The notes beneath the pieces were generated by a model, which ran no database searches, was not told the DNA's origin, and saw nothing but the letters and a program-made list of their open reading frames with translations. DNA of 64,000 bases from an uncultured delta proteobacterium. Its GTDB lineage: Bacteria > Desulfobacterota > Desulfobacteria > Desulfobacterales > JAFDCJ01. Of this stretch, positions 39,599-49,522 are shown one piece after another. Location of the stretch: NCBI GenBank assembly GCA_963769935.1, contig CAVYNY010000022.1, forward strand, positions 160,001-224,000. The letters run 5' to 3'. Each line of letters begins with the position of its first letter. Within the stretch, counting starts at the first letter, position 1. The position numbers and the translations under genes were made by a program.

Positions 39599-40738
39599 AT
39601 GACGGAAAATGAAAAAAAGACGGTTGTCAGCTCCTGGAATGAATGGGATCCTTTAAAGCACGTCATCGTCGGACGTGCAGAAGGCGGCATGCTGCAGGCA
39701 CCGGAGCCGGCCGTATACCGGGATTTCAGCAAAGACGGTTTTCCTTTCGGCAAGTGGGGACCCATGCCCGAGGAAAGAGTGGCCAAAGCCGTTGAGCAGC
39801 TGGATAATTTTGCCGGTATTCTCAAAAAGCGCGGCATCCGCGTCGATCGGCCCGAACCGCTCGATTTCAGTCAGGCGATCCAGACGCCGGACTGGAAACA
39901 GGAGTCTATGTTGGGCTGTATGCCGCCGCGGGATCTGCTGTTGACGGTCGGCAATGAAATCCTGGAGGCCACCATGTCTTTTCGCAGCCGCTGGTTTGAG
40001 TATCTTTGCTACCGGCCGGTGCTGGAAAAATACTACGCGGAAGATCCCGATTTTCGCTGGGAAGCCGCTCCCAAGCCGCGTCTCACCGAGCGTACCTACA
40101 AAAAAGACTGGCATAAAGAATGGAATCAGCTCAGCGACGCGCAACGCCAGAAAAAAGCGGAGGCCAGCGACTGGATAATTACCGAAGTCGAACCGCTCTT
40201 CGACGCGGCCGACGTCGTGCGCTGCGGCAAGGACCTTTTCGTGCAGTATTCAATGGTCACCAATGACGCCGGGATCCGTTGGCTGCGCTCGCATTTCCGC
40301 GATCATCGGGTGCACAAGGTGCGTTACAAGGAAATGCAGCCATGGCACATGGACTCGACCCTGGTGCCGATCCGCCCCGGGCTGGTCGTCTGCAACCCGG
40401 CCCGGCCGGTTTTAACTCCCAAGGTCACGGAACTGTTTGAAAAGAATGACTGGGAAATTATCTGGGCCCCCAAGTCGGTTCTCAAAGAGAAACGGCCGCT
40501 GTGTTACTGCAGCATCTGGCTGAACATGAACTTTCTGGTGATCGACCCCAAGACCGTCTGCGTCGAGGCCAGCGAGACCCCCATGATGGAGGCCCTGGAC
40601 AAGCACGGGGTCGAGGTCGTTCCGGTGCCGTTTTACGACGTGGTCATGTTCGGCGGCTGCCTGCACTGTGCTACGGCGGACGTCTACCGCCAAGGCGGCT
40701 GCGAGGATTACTTCCCCAAACAAGTGGAGGGATTTTAA
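39599..40738 (+). CDS. Amidinotransferase (glycine/inosamine-phosphate amidinotransferase family)
   Basis: VSSWNEWDPLKHVIVG, CMPPRD, FDAAD, HMD, GGCLHCAT (catalytic Cys). Confidence 0.92.
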   Translation: MTENEKKTVVSSWNEWDPLKHVIVGRAEGGMLQAPEPAVYRDFSKDGFPFGKWGPMPEERVAKAVEQLDNFAGILKKRGIRVDRPEPLDFSQAIQTPDWKQESMLGCMPPRDLLLTVGNEILEATMSFRSRWFEYLCYRPVLEKYYAEDPDFRWEAAPKPRLTERTYKKDWHKEWNQLSDAQRQKKAEASDWIITEVEPLFDAADVVRCGKDLFVQYSMVTNDAGIRWLRSHFRDHRVHKVRYKEMQPWHMDSTLVPIRPGLVVCNPARPVLTPKVTELFEKNDWEIIWAPKSVLKEKRPLCYCSIWLNMNFLVIDPKTVCVEASETPMMEALDKHGVEVVPVPFYDVVMFGGCLHCATADVYRQGGCEDYFPKQVEGF

Positions 40739-40815
40739 CTCTTATGCGCTTCGGGCTGAATTGACGGCTTGAAGCAGATGGAAGGCACCAAACCAATTTG
40801 AAAGGAGGCCGAAAT

Positions 40816-41892
40816 ATGAAATTTTTTTCCTTGTCATCCGGTTGGAAGGGATTTTTCTTAACGTTAACCGCCGTTAGCTTCATTTGCAGCTCCCCGGCAG
40901 TCGCCAAAACATTGATCATTAAGTTCGGCACCTATGATCCGCCGCTTGAGCTCACCCTGGATAAAACCAACGGTGAATTCGCGTCGACCAACATCAAGGG
41001 CCAGGCCTTCAAAGATATTATCGAAAAGAAAAGCCGGGGTGAGATCGAGGTCAAAGTGTTTCCCTCCGGTCAACTTGGCAATGACCGCGAAGCCCTGGAG
41101 ATGATCAAGGCCGATACCATGGACATGAGCGGCTATCCCGGGGGCCCGATTACCAACTTCGCCCCGGAGATTCTGGCGATTCAAATCCCCTACTTGTTCA
41201 AAGATATCAACGTCGCCAAGAGAGTGTTGACAGGCCCTGTCGGAGAGGAATTGGTCGAACTGATTGCCAAGCGAGACGGAATTCGAATTCTGGCCTGGGG
41301 TTTTGAAGGGCCCTATTACAATTTCATGTCCGTTAAAAAGCCGATTCATGTGCCCAGCGACTTGAAAGGACAGAAAATCAGGACGCTCGAGACTCCCAAT
41401 CTGGTGGAGATGGTCAAACTTGCCGGGGGAACGCCGACGCCGATTTCTTTCTCCGAGCTTTATACTTCCCTTCAGCAGGGAGTGGTGGACGGCTGCATTA
41501 CGGCCGATCCGTTCGTGCGGATGATAAAACTGGACGAGGTGCTGAAATATATCAATAAGGCCGACTTTTACCTGGGAATGTCCAACATTTATGTGAGCGA
41601 GAAATTTTGGAACAAGCTGTCGGCCGAGCAAAAATACCTGATTAAAGATGCCTCCCTGCAAGCCATGACGACGTTTGAAGGCCTGACCTTGTGGGGCGGA
41701 ACGGTATGGGGCAGCTTTTTTAAGAAGGAAGGGATCGAAGTCTATGTCCCTACTCCCGCCGAGATGAAGATATGGCAGGATACTATGCATGAACCTATGG
41801 TTAAATGGACCAAAGAGCGCATCGGGGCCGAGTGGGTAGATAAATTTACCAAGGCTTCCCAGGAAGCGGAGAAAGAATTGTACGGTAATTAA
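40816..41892 (+). CDS. dctP: TRAP transporter substrate-binding protein
   Basis: VFPSGQLGND, DLKGQKIRT, ELYTSLQQGVVDG. Confidence 0.9.
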   Translation: MKFFSLSSGWKGFFLTLTAVSFICSSPAVAKTLIIKFGTYDPPLELTLDKTNGEFASTNIKGQAFKDIIEKKSRGEIEVKVFPSGQLGNDREALEMIKADTMDMSGYPGGPITNFAPEILAIQIPYLFKDINVAKRVLTGPVGEELVELIAKRDGIRILAWGFEGPYYNFMSVKKPIHVPSDLKGQKIRTLETPNLVEMVKLAGGTPTPISFSELYTSLQQGVVDGCITADPFVRMIKLDEVLKYINKADFYLGMSNIYVSEKFWNKLSAEQKYLIKDASLQAMTTFEGLTLWGGTVWGSFFKKEGIEVYVPTPAEMKIWQDTMHEPMVKWTKERIGAEWVDKFTKASQEAEKELYGN

Positions 41893-41991
41893 TCCGCATT
41901 AATCCGCCCTGAAAAGTCGGACCTTGAAGATCGCAAATTAATCGTTGAAAAAGAAGGTGTCTGTTGGATCGAAGGTTTGGCGGATTAATTA
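41886..41991. mobile_element. MITE-like element, TAATTAATCCGCC family, overlapping the dctP stop
   Basis: TAATTAATCCGC-ATTAATCCGCC...GGCGGATTAATTA (duplicated left end). Confidence 0.7.
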
Positions 41992-42044
41992 TTTTATGCT
42001 TCGCATTCTTTAAAAACCCAATCTCTCCCAAAAGGAGCGGCTTC

Positions 42045-42530
42045 ATGCGAAAATTTAACGACCTCCTATTGGGGCTGTGCAAATATGCCCTCATCGTAAT
42101 GGTGCCCGTCATGACGGGGATTATCTTCGTGCAGGTGGTTTTGCGCTATGTTTTCCAATCGCCGTTTAGCTGGGCCGAAGAGCTGGCCCGCTATCTGCTG
42201 GTCTGGATCACCTGCCTCGGATCTGCCTATGCGATTCGCGACGGCATGCACATCAGCATTAGTTATCTGCGAACTAAATTGCGGGGTCCGGCCCAAACGG
42301 CCGTGACGGCGATAATTTATGTTATTACCCTGGGGTTTTTCATCTACTGCATCAAAGAGGGGTCGATGTTCTCGCTGGAGCAGTGGAGCCAGCGTTCGAC
42401 GGCCATGCAGATCCCGATGACCATTCCCTACATGGCGATCCCGCTCGGCTTTACAATCATGTTTCTGGTGGGGCTTGAATGCTTCATCGCGGAGATGCGC
42501 AAGCCGGCTATGGGCAGCACTGCGAATTGA
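42045..42530 (+). CDS. dctQ: TRAP transporter small permease
   Basis: QVVLRYVF..SWAEELARYLLVW, HI motif. Confidence 0.9.
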   Translation: MRKFNDLLLGLCKYALIVMVPVMTGIIFVQVVLRYVFQSPFSWAEELARYLLVWITCLGSAYAIRDGMHISISYLRTKLRGPAQTAVTAIIYVITLGFFIYCIKEGSMFSLEQWSQRSTAMQIPMTIPYMAIPLGFTIMFLVGLECFIAEMRKPAMGSTAN

Positions 42531-42580
42531 ACGCACCGTGCTCGCCGTTAGACCGCAACCAATCGGCAAAAGGAAACTAT

Positions 42581-43864
42581 ATGATCCTGGCGGTATTAAT
42601 CGGCGTATTATTGGTCACGATGATTTTGGCGGTCCCGATTGCCTGGTGTCTGGGGGTCAGCGGCCTGGTGGCCCTTATTCTGATGGATATGCCGCTGTCG
42701 ATCGTGCCGCAAAAGATTTTTTCCGGCATGGATATCTTCCCCATGTTGTGTCTGCCGTTTTTTATCCTGGCCGGGGAGATCATGGCGCACGGCGGCATAT
42801 CCAAAAGATTGCTCAATTTTGCGGTGATCTGCATCGGTTTTGTGAGGGGCGGATTGGCTTTGGCCAATGTGATGGCCAGCATGCTCTTCGGTGGCATTAC
42901 CGGAGCGGCCACCGCGGACGCTTCCGCATTGGGATCGGTGGAAATTCCGATGATGGTCGAAAACGGCTATGATGCGAAATTCTCGGCCGCAATCACGGCG
43001 GCATCGGCTTGCATCGGGCCCATCATTCCGCCCAGTTTGCCGGTGGTGATCTACGCCCTTGCCGTCAGCGGTGTGTCGATCGGTGGACTGTTTGCGGCCG
43101 GCATGATTCCGGGGATTCTGGTCGGCATTGCGCTGATGGTTGCCAGTTACATCATTTCGGTGCGGCGCCAGTACCCCAAGCGCGAATACAAGGTAAGTGC
43201 ACGCGAAATTGTCACCTCAACCAAAGATGCAATCCTGGCGATCATCACCCCTTTGATCATCATCGGCGGCATCGTCGGCGGTATTTTCACGCCCACAGAG
43301 GCCGCTTCCGTGGCCGTCGTGTATTCATTTGTAATCTCAGTTTTTGTTTACCGCGAGCTGAAAATTTCCGATTTGCCAGGCATGTTTTTGAGGAGCGGTG
43401 TAATTTCAGCGGTCGTCATGATTATCATCGCCACGGCCAACATTTTCGGAGTGGTGGTCGCTTTTGAGCAGCTGGCCGAGAAGCTCGAGGTGCTCGTTCA
43501 GCCGCTGGGGTACTACGGATTCATTCTGGCCATCAATGTTATTTTCCTGGTCGTCGGCATGTTTATGGATCAGAATCCGGCCATTTTGATTTTAGCGCCT
43601 GTTTTTGCTCCGATTGCGGCCAACCTGGGAATCGAACCGATCCATTTCGGCATTATCGTCATCATGAACCTGGTGATTGGGTTGATTACCCCGCCTCTGG
43701 GACAGGTCCTCTTTGTTGTCTGCCCGATTGCCAAAGTATCGTTCGAAGAAGTTGCCAGAGAAATTTTTGTCTTTATCCTGGTGGAAATCGGCGTCCTAAT
43801 GCTGGTAAGCTATGTGCCGATTATCTCGACGTTTATTCCGCGACTTTTTGGTTATATTCATTAA
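42581..43864 (+). CDS. dctM: TRAP transporter large permease
   Basis: LPFFILAG, IGPIIPPS, FTPTEA, GLITPP. Confidence 0.93.
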   Translation: MILAVLIGVLLVTMILAVPIAWCLGVSGLVALILMDMPLSIVPQKIFSGMDIFPMLCLPFFILAGEIMAHGGISKRLLNFAVICIGFVRGGLALANVMASMLFGGITGAATADASALGSVEIPMMVENGYDAKFSAAITAASACIGPIIPPSLPVVIYALAVSGVSIGGLFAAGMIPGILVGIALMVASYIISVRRQYPKREYKVSAREIVTSTKDAILAIITPLIIIGGIVGGIFTPTEAASVAVVYSFVISVFVYRELKISDLPGMFLRSGVISAVVMIIIATANIFGVVVAFEQLAEKLEVLVQPLGYYGFILAINVIFLVVGMFMDQNPAILILAPVFAPIAANLGIEPIHFGIIVIMNLVIGLITPPLGQVLFVVCPIAKVSFEEVAREIFVFILVEIGVLMLVSYVPIISTFIPRLFGYIH

Positions 43865-43964
43865 TTCTAACATGGTCTGGAGAAGTTCTGGCGTCTTATT
43901 TGCAGTTTTTATGCGGCATATTCGCAAACCTTACTACCAAGGGCACGATGTCCAAGAAGAAACC

Positions 43965-44738
43965 ATGACAACAACCAAAGGATTCCTCATCGATCTTGAC
44001 GGTGTCGTCTACATTGAAGACCAGACGATTCCAGGTGCGGTAGAAACGGTGAATTGGCTGCGGCGGCAGGGATTTCCCATCCGCTTTCTGACCAACACCA
44101 CCATGCGTTCCCGTGACTCGCTGGTTGCCAAGCTTTTACGGTTCGGTATTCAGGCCGCGTCCGGGGAGATGTTCAGCACTGCCGTAGTGGCCGCCCGATG
44201 GTTGGCAGATAAAGGCGTTTCGCGTGTGCAGCTTCTTCTGACCGAAGATGCCAAAAAGGACTTTGCCGGTTTTGAAATAACGGACAGCCAACCGGAGGTC
44301 GTCGTGGTAGGGGATATGGGTTCGGCATTTACATTCGACGTCCTGAACAGCGCCTTTCTTTCGGTCAAAGCCGGTGCGCAGCTGATTGCGCTGCAAAAGA
44401 GCCGTTACTGGCAGACGAAGAAGGGACTGGCGCTGGATGCCGGTGCGTTCGTGACGGCGCTGGAGTATGCAACGGAGACCGAAGCGGCGCTTATCGGCAA
44501 GCCGAACCGGGCTTACTTTGATATGGCGCTGCTGGATATAGGACTTGCCCCCTCCCAGGTGGCCATGATCGGCGATGACATCCATACGGATATCGTCGGG
44601 GCCCAGGCCGTCGGGATGCCGACAATCCTGGTCCGAACGGGCAAGTATGCCTATGATGCGCAAAAACCGCTGCCCGTGCAACCCGACTGGACCATCGATT
44701 CCATAGCCGAACTGCCGGCGCTGCTGGGTGTTCAGTGA
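43965..44738 (+). CDS. HAD-superfamily IIA hydrolase (LHPP/TIGR01458-like)
   Basis: LIDLDGV, FLTNTT, IGKP, MIGDD, LVRTGKY. Confidence 0.9.
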   Translation: MTTTKGFLIDLDGVVYIEDQTIPGAVETVNWLRRQGFPIRFLTNTTMRSRDSLVAKLLRFGIQAASGEMFSTAVVAARWLADKGVSRVQLLLTEDAKKDFAGFEITDSQPEVVVVGDMGSAFTFDVLNSAFLSVKAGAQLIALQKSRYWQTKKGLALDAGAFVTALEYATETEAALIGKPNRAYFDMALLDIGLAPSQVAMIGDDIHTDIVGAQAVGMPTILVRTGKYAYDAQKPLPVQPDWTIDSIAELPALLGVQ

Positions 44739-44740
44739 CC

Positions 44741-44854
44741 CTGGATGCTGGATGCTGGATGTGGATGCTGGATAGTGGATGAAAGCAGCTCATAGCTCAT
44801 AGGAATGAGGTTAAAGGCAAAAGGCAAAAGGTTAAAGGCCCAAGGCGCAAGGCA
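44741..44854. repeat. Composite heptamer arrays (CTGGATG)n, (AGCTCAT)2, (AAGGYAA)n
   Basis: Directly visible. Confidence 0.8.
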
Positions 44855-45009
44855 TTTAGCATTGAACTGATGATTTAAGCCTTGACACGGATTCGGTTGC
44901 GAGCCATATTTTTATCATAGCATTGAAGACTTGATCCTCGGGGTCAGGATTCTCTACTAATATCGACATGAGTTGTTGGGTTTAAAATAAATGCAAAAGG
45001 TTAGACACC

Positions 45010-45603
45010 ATGGAATATGTTGAACCGCCGCCTGCCCCCAAGCCGGAAGAAGAGGAGCCGCAGGAAAAATTCCGCAAAGTTCTGATAGAGCCGGATGAGG
45101 AAAGGCAGATTGTCATTCAGAAAGCTCAAGTCCGGGATGTGCAGGAAATTCTCGATTTAATCAACGGGTATGCCGCCGCAGAGATGATGCTGCCCAGGGG
45201 ACCCCAGTATTTATATGAAAACATCAGAGATTTTGTGATTGCCAGTGACCACAGGGTTCCGGTCTACAGCATGCTGGAAACCAGGGAAGTGTTGCATCTG
45301 ATTGTGGGCTGCGGCAGCCTGCACGTTCTTTGGGATGATATGGCCGAAATCAGAGCGCTGGCGATGCACCCGGATTACAAGCACCTGGGACTGGGAAGCA
45401 AGCTGGTCGACTTCATGATTAAAGAGGCCAAGAAACTGGGTATCAAACGCTTGTACACGTTTACGTTGACCGAAGATTTTTTCAAACCCCTCGGATTCAA
45501 GCAGCTAAAACGCGATGAACTTCCGCCCAAGATGTGGGGGGAATGCAGCCGTTGTCCGAAATATTTCAAGTGTGATGAAGTGGGGATGGTACGGGTGCTT
45601 TAG
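45010..45603 (+). CDS. GNAT N-acetyltransferase, short ArgA-like (amino-acid acetyltransferase)
   Basis: MLPRG..YLYENIRDF, LHVLWDDMAEIRALA, KMWGECSRCPK...CDE. Confidence 0.85.
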   Translation: MEYVEPPPAPKPEEEEPQEKFRKVLIEPDEERQIVIQKAQVRDVQEILDLINGYAAAEMMLPRGPQYLYENIRDFVIASDHRVPVYSMLETREVLHLIVGCGSLHVLWDDMAEIRALAMHPDYKHLGLGSKLVDFMIKEAKKLGIKRLYTFTLTEDFFKPLGFKQLKRDELPPKMWGECSRCPKYFKCDEVGMVRVL

Positions 45604-45721
45604 GGATATTGGATTTCGGATTTCAGATTTTTTTCTATTCAATATTTTTTCGTTTTAGTGATTTTGTTATAATCCAATCTTCACGTGACAGTTTTTATCT
45701 GTCGGAAGGACAAGTTAAGGC

Positions 45722-46969
45722 ATGCCCGGCAAAAAAGGGAATTTGTCAAGAAGGGACCTTATTAAAACTGCTTGTGCAGCCGGTCTGGGATCGGTACTGG
45801 TGCCCTTGAACTCCTTGACCCCGGCGGCATATGGCAGCGCTCCAACCAAGATGCCTGAACAAATGACGGTGCCGACGCGGCCGTTTGGAAAAACCGGGGT
45901 AGATGTATCTTCGCTGGCCCTGGGTGGTGTATTGGACATGTCAGACCAGCTCATGTTCAGGCAAGCTCTTAAAATAGGCGTAACCTATTGGGATACGGCT
46001 GATTCATATGGATGGGGCAAAAATGAAAAGGCAATCGGCAAATACTTTGCCAAGTTTCCCGACGACCGGAAAAAAGTGTTCCTGGTAACCAAAGCCGCTA
46101 CTTCAGATCCGCAAATTTTAACCGAGAAATTAAATACCTCACTTCAGAGAATGAATACATCGTATATCGATATGTATTTCATTCACTATGTGAGTAATGT
46201 TAAAAATGAACTGACCGATGAAGTCAAAGCCTGGGCTGAAAAAGCCAAAGCCAATGGAAAGATTCGTTTTTTTGGATTCAGCGCCCATAAAAATATGGCA
46301 AACAGTATGCTTGCGGCAGCAAAACTTGGCTGGATCGATGGCATAATGGCAAGCTGCAATTACCGATTGATGGTAAAAGACGAAATGAAAAAAGCGATCG
46401 AGGCCTGCGTTAAGGCCGGAATAGGATTGACGGCCATGAAAACACAGGCTGCTTTCTCGGCAAATTTTTATGCTTCGATCGGATCCGAAACTGATGATGC
46501 GCTGAATATGACCGAAAGTTTTTTAAAAAAAGGATATACCGCTGAGCAGGCCAAACTTAAGGTTGTGTGGGAAAATCCAAACATTGCCAGCATCTGCTCG
46601 GCGATGCCGAATATGACCATCCTGCAGGCGAATGTTGCCGCGGCCTTGAATAAGACGAACTTATCTGAGGGTGACAAACAACGCCTGGAACAATATGCCC
46701 GAGACACCGCTCCCGGCTACTGTACCGGCTGCGCGAATATCTGTGAACCGGCAGTCGATCTTAATATTCCCATCAGCGATATGTTGCGCTATTCCATGTA
46801 CCATCACGGCTATGGAGAACGAGATCGGGCGCAAAAGTTATTCCATGCGCTGCCGGCAGATGTTAGGGCAAATATTCAGGCAGCCGACTTTTCTAAGGCT
46901 GAAAAATACTGTCCTCAAAAAATTCAAATCGGCAAGATTTTGAAGAATACACTTGAAGATTTAACTTAA
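45722..46969 (+). CDS. Aldo/keto reductase with Tat-like leader and C-terminal Fe-S motif
   Basis: SRRDLIK, VPTRPFGKTG, WDTADSY, YCTGCANIC...CP. Confidence 0.88.
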   Translation: MPGKKGNLSRRDLIKTACAAGLGSVLVPLNSLTPAAYGSAPTKMPEQMTVPTRPFGKTGVDVSSLALGGVLDMSDQLMFRQALKIGVTYWDTADSYGWGKNEKAIGKYFAKFPDDRKKVFLVTKAATSDPQILTEKLNTSLQRMNTSYIDMYFIHYVSNVKNELTDEVKAWAEKAKANGKIRFFGFSAHKNMANSMLAAAKLGWIDGIMASCNYRLMVKDEMKKAIEACVKAGIGLTAMKTQAAFSANFYASIGSETDDALNMTESFLKKGYTAEQAKLKVVWENPNIASICSAMPNMTILQANVAAALNKTNLSEGDKQRLEQYARDTAPGYCTGCANICEPAVDLNIPISDMLRYSMYHHGYGERDRAQKLFHALPADVRANIQAADFSKAEKYCPQKIQIGKILKNTLEDLT

Positions 46970-46998
46970 GCGCGAGCATTTTTAAAGGGAAAATCTTT

Positions 46999-48108
46999 AT
47001 GTCAGCACCCTCGGACTATAACGGAAACGCATTTGTCCGTTTCGAAGGAATTGAAAAAAGTTTCGATGGCGAAACCCTGGTCATCAAGAATCTTAACCTT
47101 GAAATTGCCAAGGGTGAATTTCTTACCATGCTTGGACCTTCAGGGTCCGGCAAAACAACAACTCTGATGATGCTGGCTGGATTTGAAACCCCGACCCATG
47201 GTGAGATTTTTCTGGCTGAACAGCCGATCGGCAACATTCCGCCCCACAAGCGCAATATCGGTATGGTTTTCCAGAATTATGCCCTGTTTCCCCACATGAC
47301 GGTCAGCGAAAATCTATCGTATCCGCTCGCAGTCAGAAAGCGGCCGAAGCGCGAGATTAAAGAAAGGGTTGCCAAAGCACTTGAAATGGTTGAGCTCAGG
47401 GGATTCGAAGGCCGGTTTCCGGCCCAGTTATCCGGCGGTCAGCAGCAACGGGTGGCACTGGCGCGGGCCCTTGTTTTCGAACCGCATCTGGTGCTCATGG
47501 ATGAACCGCTGGGGGCGCTTGACAAAAACCTGCGCGAGCAGATGCAGTATGAAATCAGGCACATCCATGACGAATTGAACGTCACCGTGGTCTATGTTAC
47601 CCACGATCAGAGTGAGGCTATGACCATGTCCAATAGAGTTGCCGTGTTCGATGACGGCGTCATCCAGCAGCTCTCCACGCCGGATGTGTTGTACGAAGAA
47701 CCTGAAAATGCCTTTGTGGCCCAGTTTATCGGTGAAAACAACAAAATCTCCGGCGAGGTGACCGAACTCGTAGAAGATCGATGCATCGTTAAAGTTAACA
47801 GCGGGGAGGTGGTCAAGGCCCTGATGGTCAATGTCGACAAGACCGGCGATCGAACCACCCTCTCCCTGCGCCCTGAAAGAGTCACCCTCAATCCGGCCGC
47901 GGGAAGTCTTGAAAATATTTTTGAAGGCACGGTGAGAGAATTGATTTATCTCGGTGACCACCTGCGGACCCGCATCAACGTGTGCGGCAATGATGACTTC
48001 ATCGTCAAAGTGCCCAACGCGGCCGGCCGATTAAAAATCAGCAGGGGTGAAAAGATCAACGTGGGGTGGACCGCTGAGGATTGCAGAGCATTGGATTTCT
48101 TACCATAG
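46999..48108 (+). CDS. Polyamine/opine-type ABC ATP-binding protein (PotA-like)
   Basis: GPSGSGKT, LSGGQQQR, MDEPLGALD, C-terminal TOBE-like region. Confidence 0.92.
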   Translation: MSAPSDYNGNAFVRFEGIEKSFDGETLVIKNLNLEIAKGEFLTMLGPSGSGKTTTLMMLAGFETPTHGEIFLAEQPIGNIPPHKRNIGMVFQNYALFPHMTVSENLSYPLAVRKRPKREIKERVAKALEMVELRGFEGRFPAQLSGGQQQRVALARALVFEPHLVLMDEPLGALDKNLREQMQYEIRHIHDELNVTVVYVTHDQSEAMTMSNRVAVFDDGVIQQLSTPDVLYEEPENAFVAQFIGENNKISGEVTELVEDRCIVKVNSGEVVKALMVNVDKTGDRTTLSLRPERVTLNPAAGSLENIFEGTVRELIYLGDHLRTRINVCGNDDFIVKVPNAAGRLKISRGEKINVGWTAEDCRALDFLP

Positions 48109-48314
48109 GTTGGACTTTAAATCCGATGATGGGGCATTACCTGAATTGCCGGAATTGCTGTGCAAACTTGGTATAAGCTGATAGCTCATAGCTGATAGTT
48201 GATGGTTTTAAGGATTGAACCTTTTTTCTATGAACTATGAGCTACGAGCTTTAGCCTTATAAGCACCTCTATTTCGGCCAAATTCGAGTTCTCGCAAAGC
48301 GCAATATTTTTATT

Positions 48315-49166
48315 CTAGGTTGGTCTTATCCCTCGCAGCCTCTCCGAGCGGCGCCGCAGCAGTTCCACCGTCGTCAGCAGCGCTACGGCCACTGCAATCA
48401 GAACGGTTGCCACCGCCAGGATGGTCGGGCTGATTTGCTCCCGGATGCCCACCCACATTTGACGCGGAATGGTGCGCTGCTCAAATCCGGAAAGAAATAA
48501 TACCACCACAATTTCATCAAAGGATGTCACCAGTGCAAAGAGTGCACCGGAGATGACGCCGGGCAGTATCAAAGGCATGACGACTTTGCGAAAGGTGGTT
48601 ACCGGATTGGCTCCCAGGCTGGCCGAAGCCCGGATCAGATCCTGGTCAAATCCCATCAGGGTGGCTGTCACCGTGATAACGACAAACGGAATGCCCAGAA
48701 CCGTATGCGCTATGATGAGGCCCGGGTAGGTTTGCGCCAGTCCGATTTTTGAATAGAAAAAAAACATGCCGGCGGCGGTAATAATCAGCGGCACGATCAT
48801 CGGGGAGATAAGAAGACTCATTAATGGCACGCGGAACGGCGTCTGAGGGCGGCTCAACCCCCAGGCCGCGAGAGTGCCGAAAAAGGTTGCAAAAATAGTT
48901 GCAAAAAAACCGATAATAATGCTGTTTTTAATAGAGAAGATCCATTGGGGATTTTTTATAATATCCTGATACCATCGGGTGGAAAAGGCGCTCGACTTGA
49001 ATGTCAACATTCCCTGGGTAAAGGTAAAATAGGGCTCGGCATTAAATGACAGGGGAATTAAGACAACGATCGGCGCGATCAGAAAAAACAGAACCAGTCC
49101 GCAGATAATTCTGAAAGTATAGTACCAGGTTTTTTCAAGCCCACCGGCGTAGGTCGGAAGAGACAC
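48315..49166 (-). CDS. Polyamine-type ABC permease (PotC-like)
   Basis: ISPMIVP, ASASLGA, TSFDE. Confidence 0.9.
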   Translation of the reverse strand: MSLPTYAGGLEKTWYYTFRIICGLVLFFLIAPIVVLIPLSFNAEPYFTFTQGMLTFKSSAFSTRWYQDIIKNPQWIFSIKNSIIIGFFATIFATFFGTLAAWGLSRPQTPFRVPLMSLLISPMIVPLIITAAGMFFFYSKIGLAQTYPGLIIAHTVLGIPFVVITVTATLMGFDQDLIRASASLGANPVTTFRKVVMPLILPGVISGALFALVTSFDEIVVVLFLSGFEQRTIPRQMWVGIREQISPTILAVATVLIAVAVALLTTVELLRRRSERLRGIRPT

Positions 49167-49183
49167 CGTTGCTACCTTTTGTT

Positions 49184-49520
49184 AAGTTCTCAAGTTCGTG
49201 AACTGATGAGCTCGTAAGCTCGTGAGCTGTTGAGCTAGTGAGCTTGTAAGTTCGTAAGTTCTTAAGTTCATGAGTTCGTGAGCTGGTAAGCTGTTGAGCT
49301 CGTAAGCTCGTAAGTTCTAAGATTCCTGAGTCGATAAGTCAGAATTAGGGAATAAATATGCTTTAACTTAAGATCTCAAGAATTTACGAACTTATCGACT
49401 CATGAGCTCACGCACTCATCAACTTGCGAACTCATCAGTTATCTTATTCGTTTTGGCTTATGAGCTTACGAACTCACCAGCTATCCTATATGTTTTTGCT
49501 CATCAGCTTACCAGCTATCA
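49184..49520. repeat. Large inverted pair of degenerate 8-mer arrays (gagctcgt/aagttcgt versus acgaactc/accagct)
   Basis: Fills the spacer between the two permease genes. Confidence 0.8.
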
Positions 49521-49522
49521 TG

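Noticed and set aside
49184..49520. CRISPR array
   Set aside because: Degenerate 8-mers without constant repeats or unique spacers, and no cas genes in the window.
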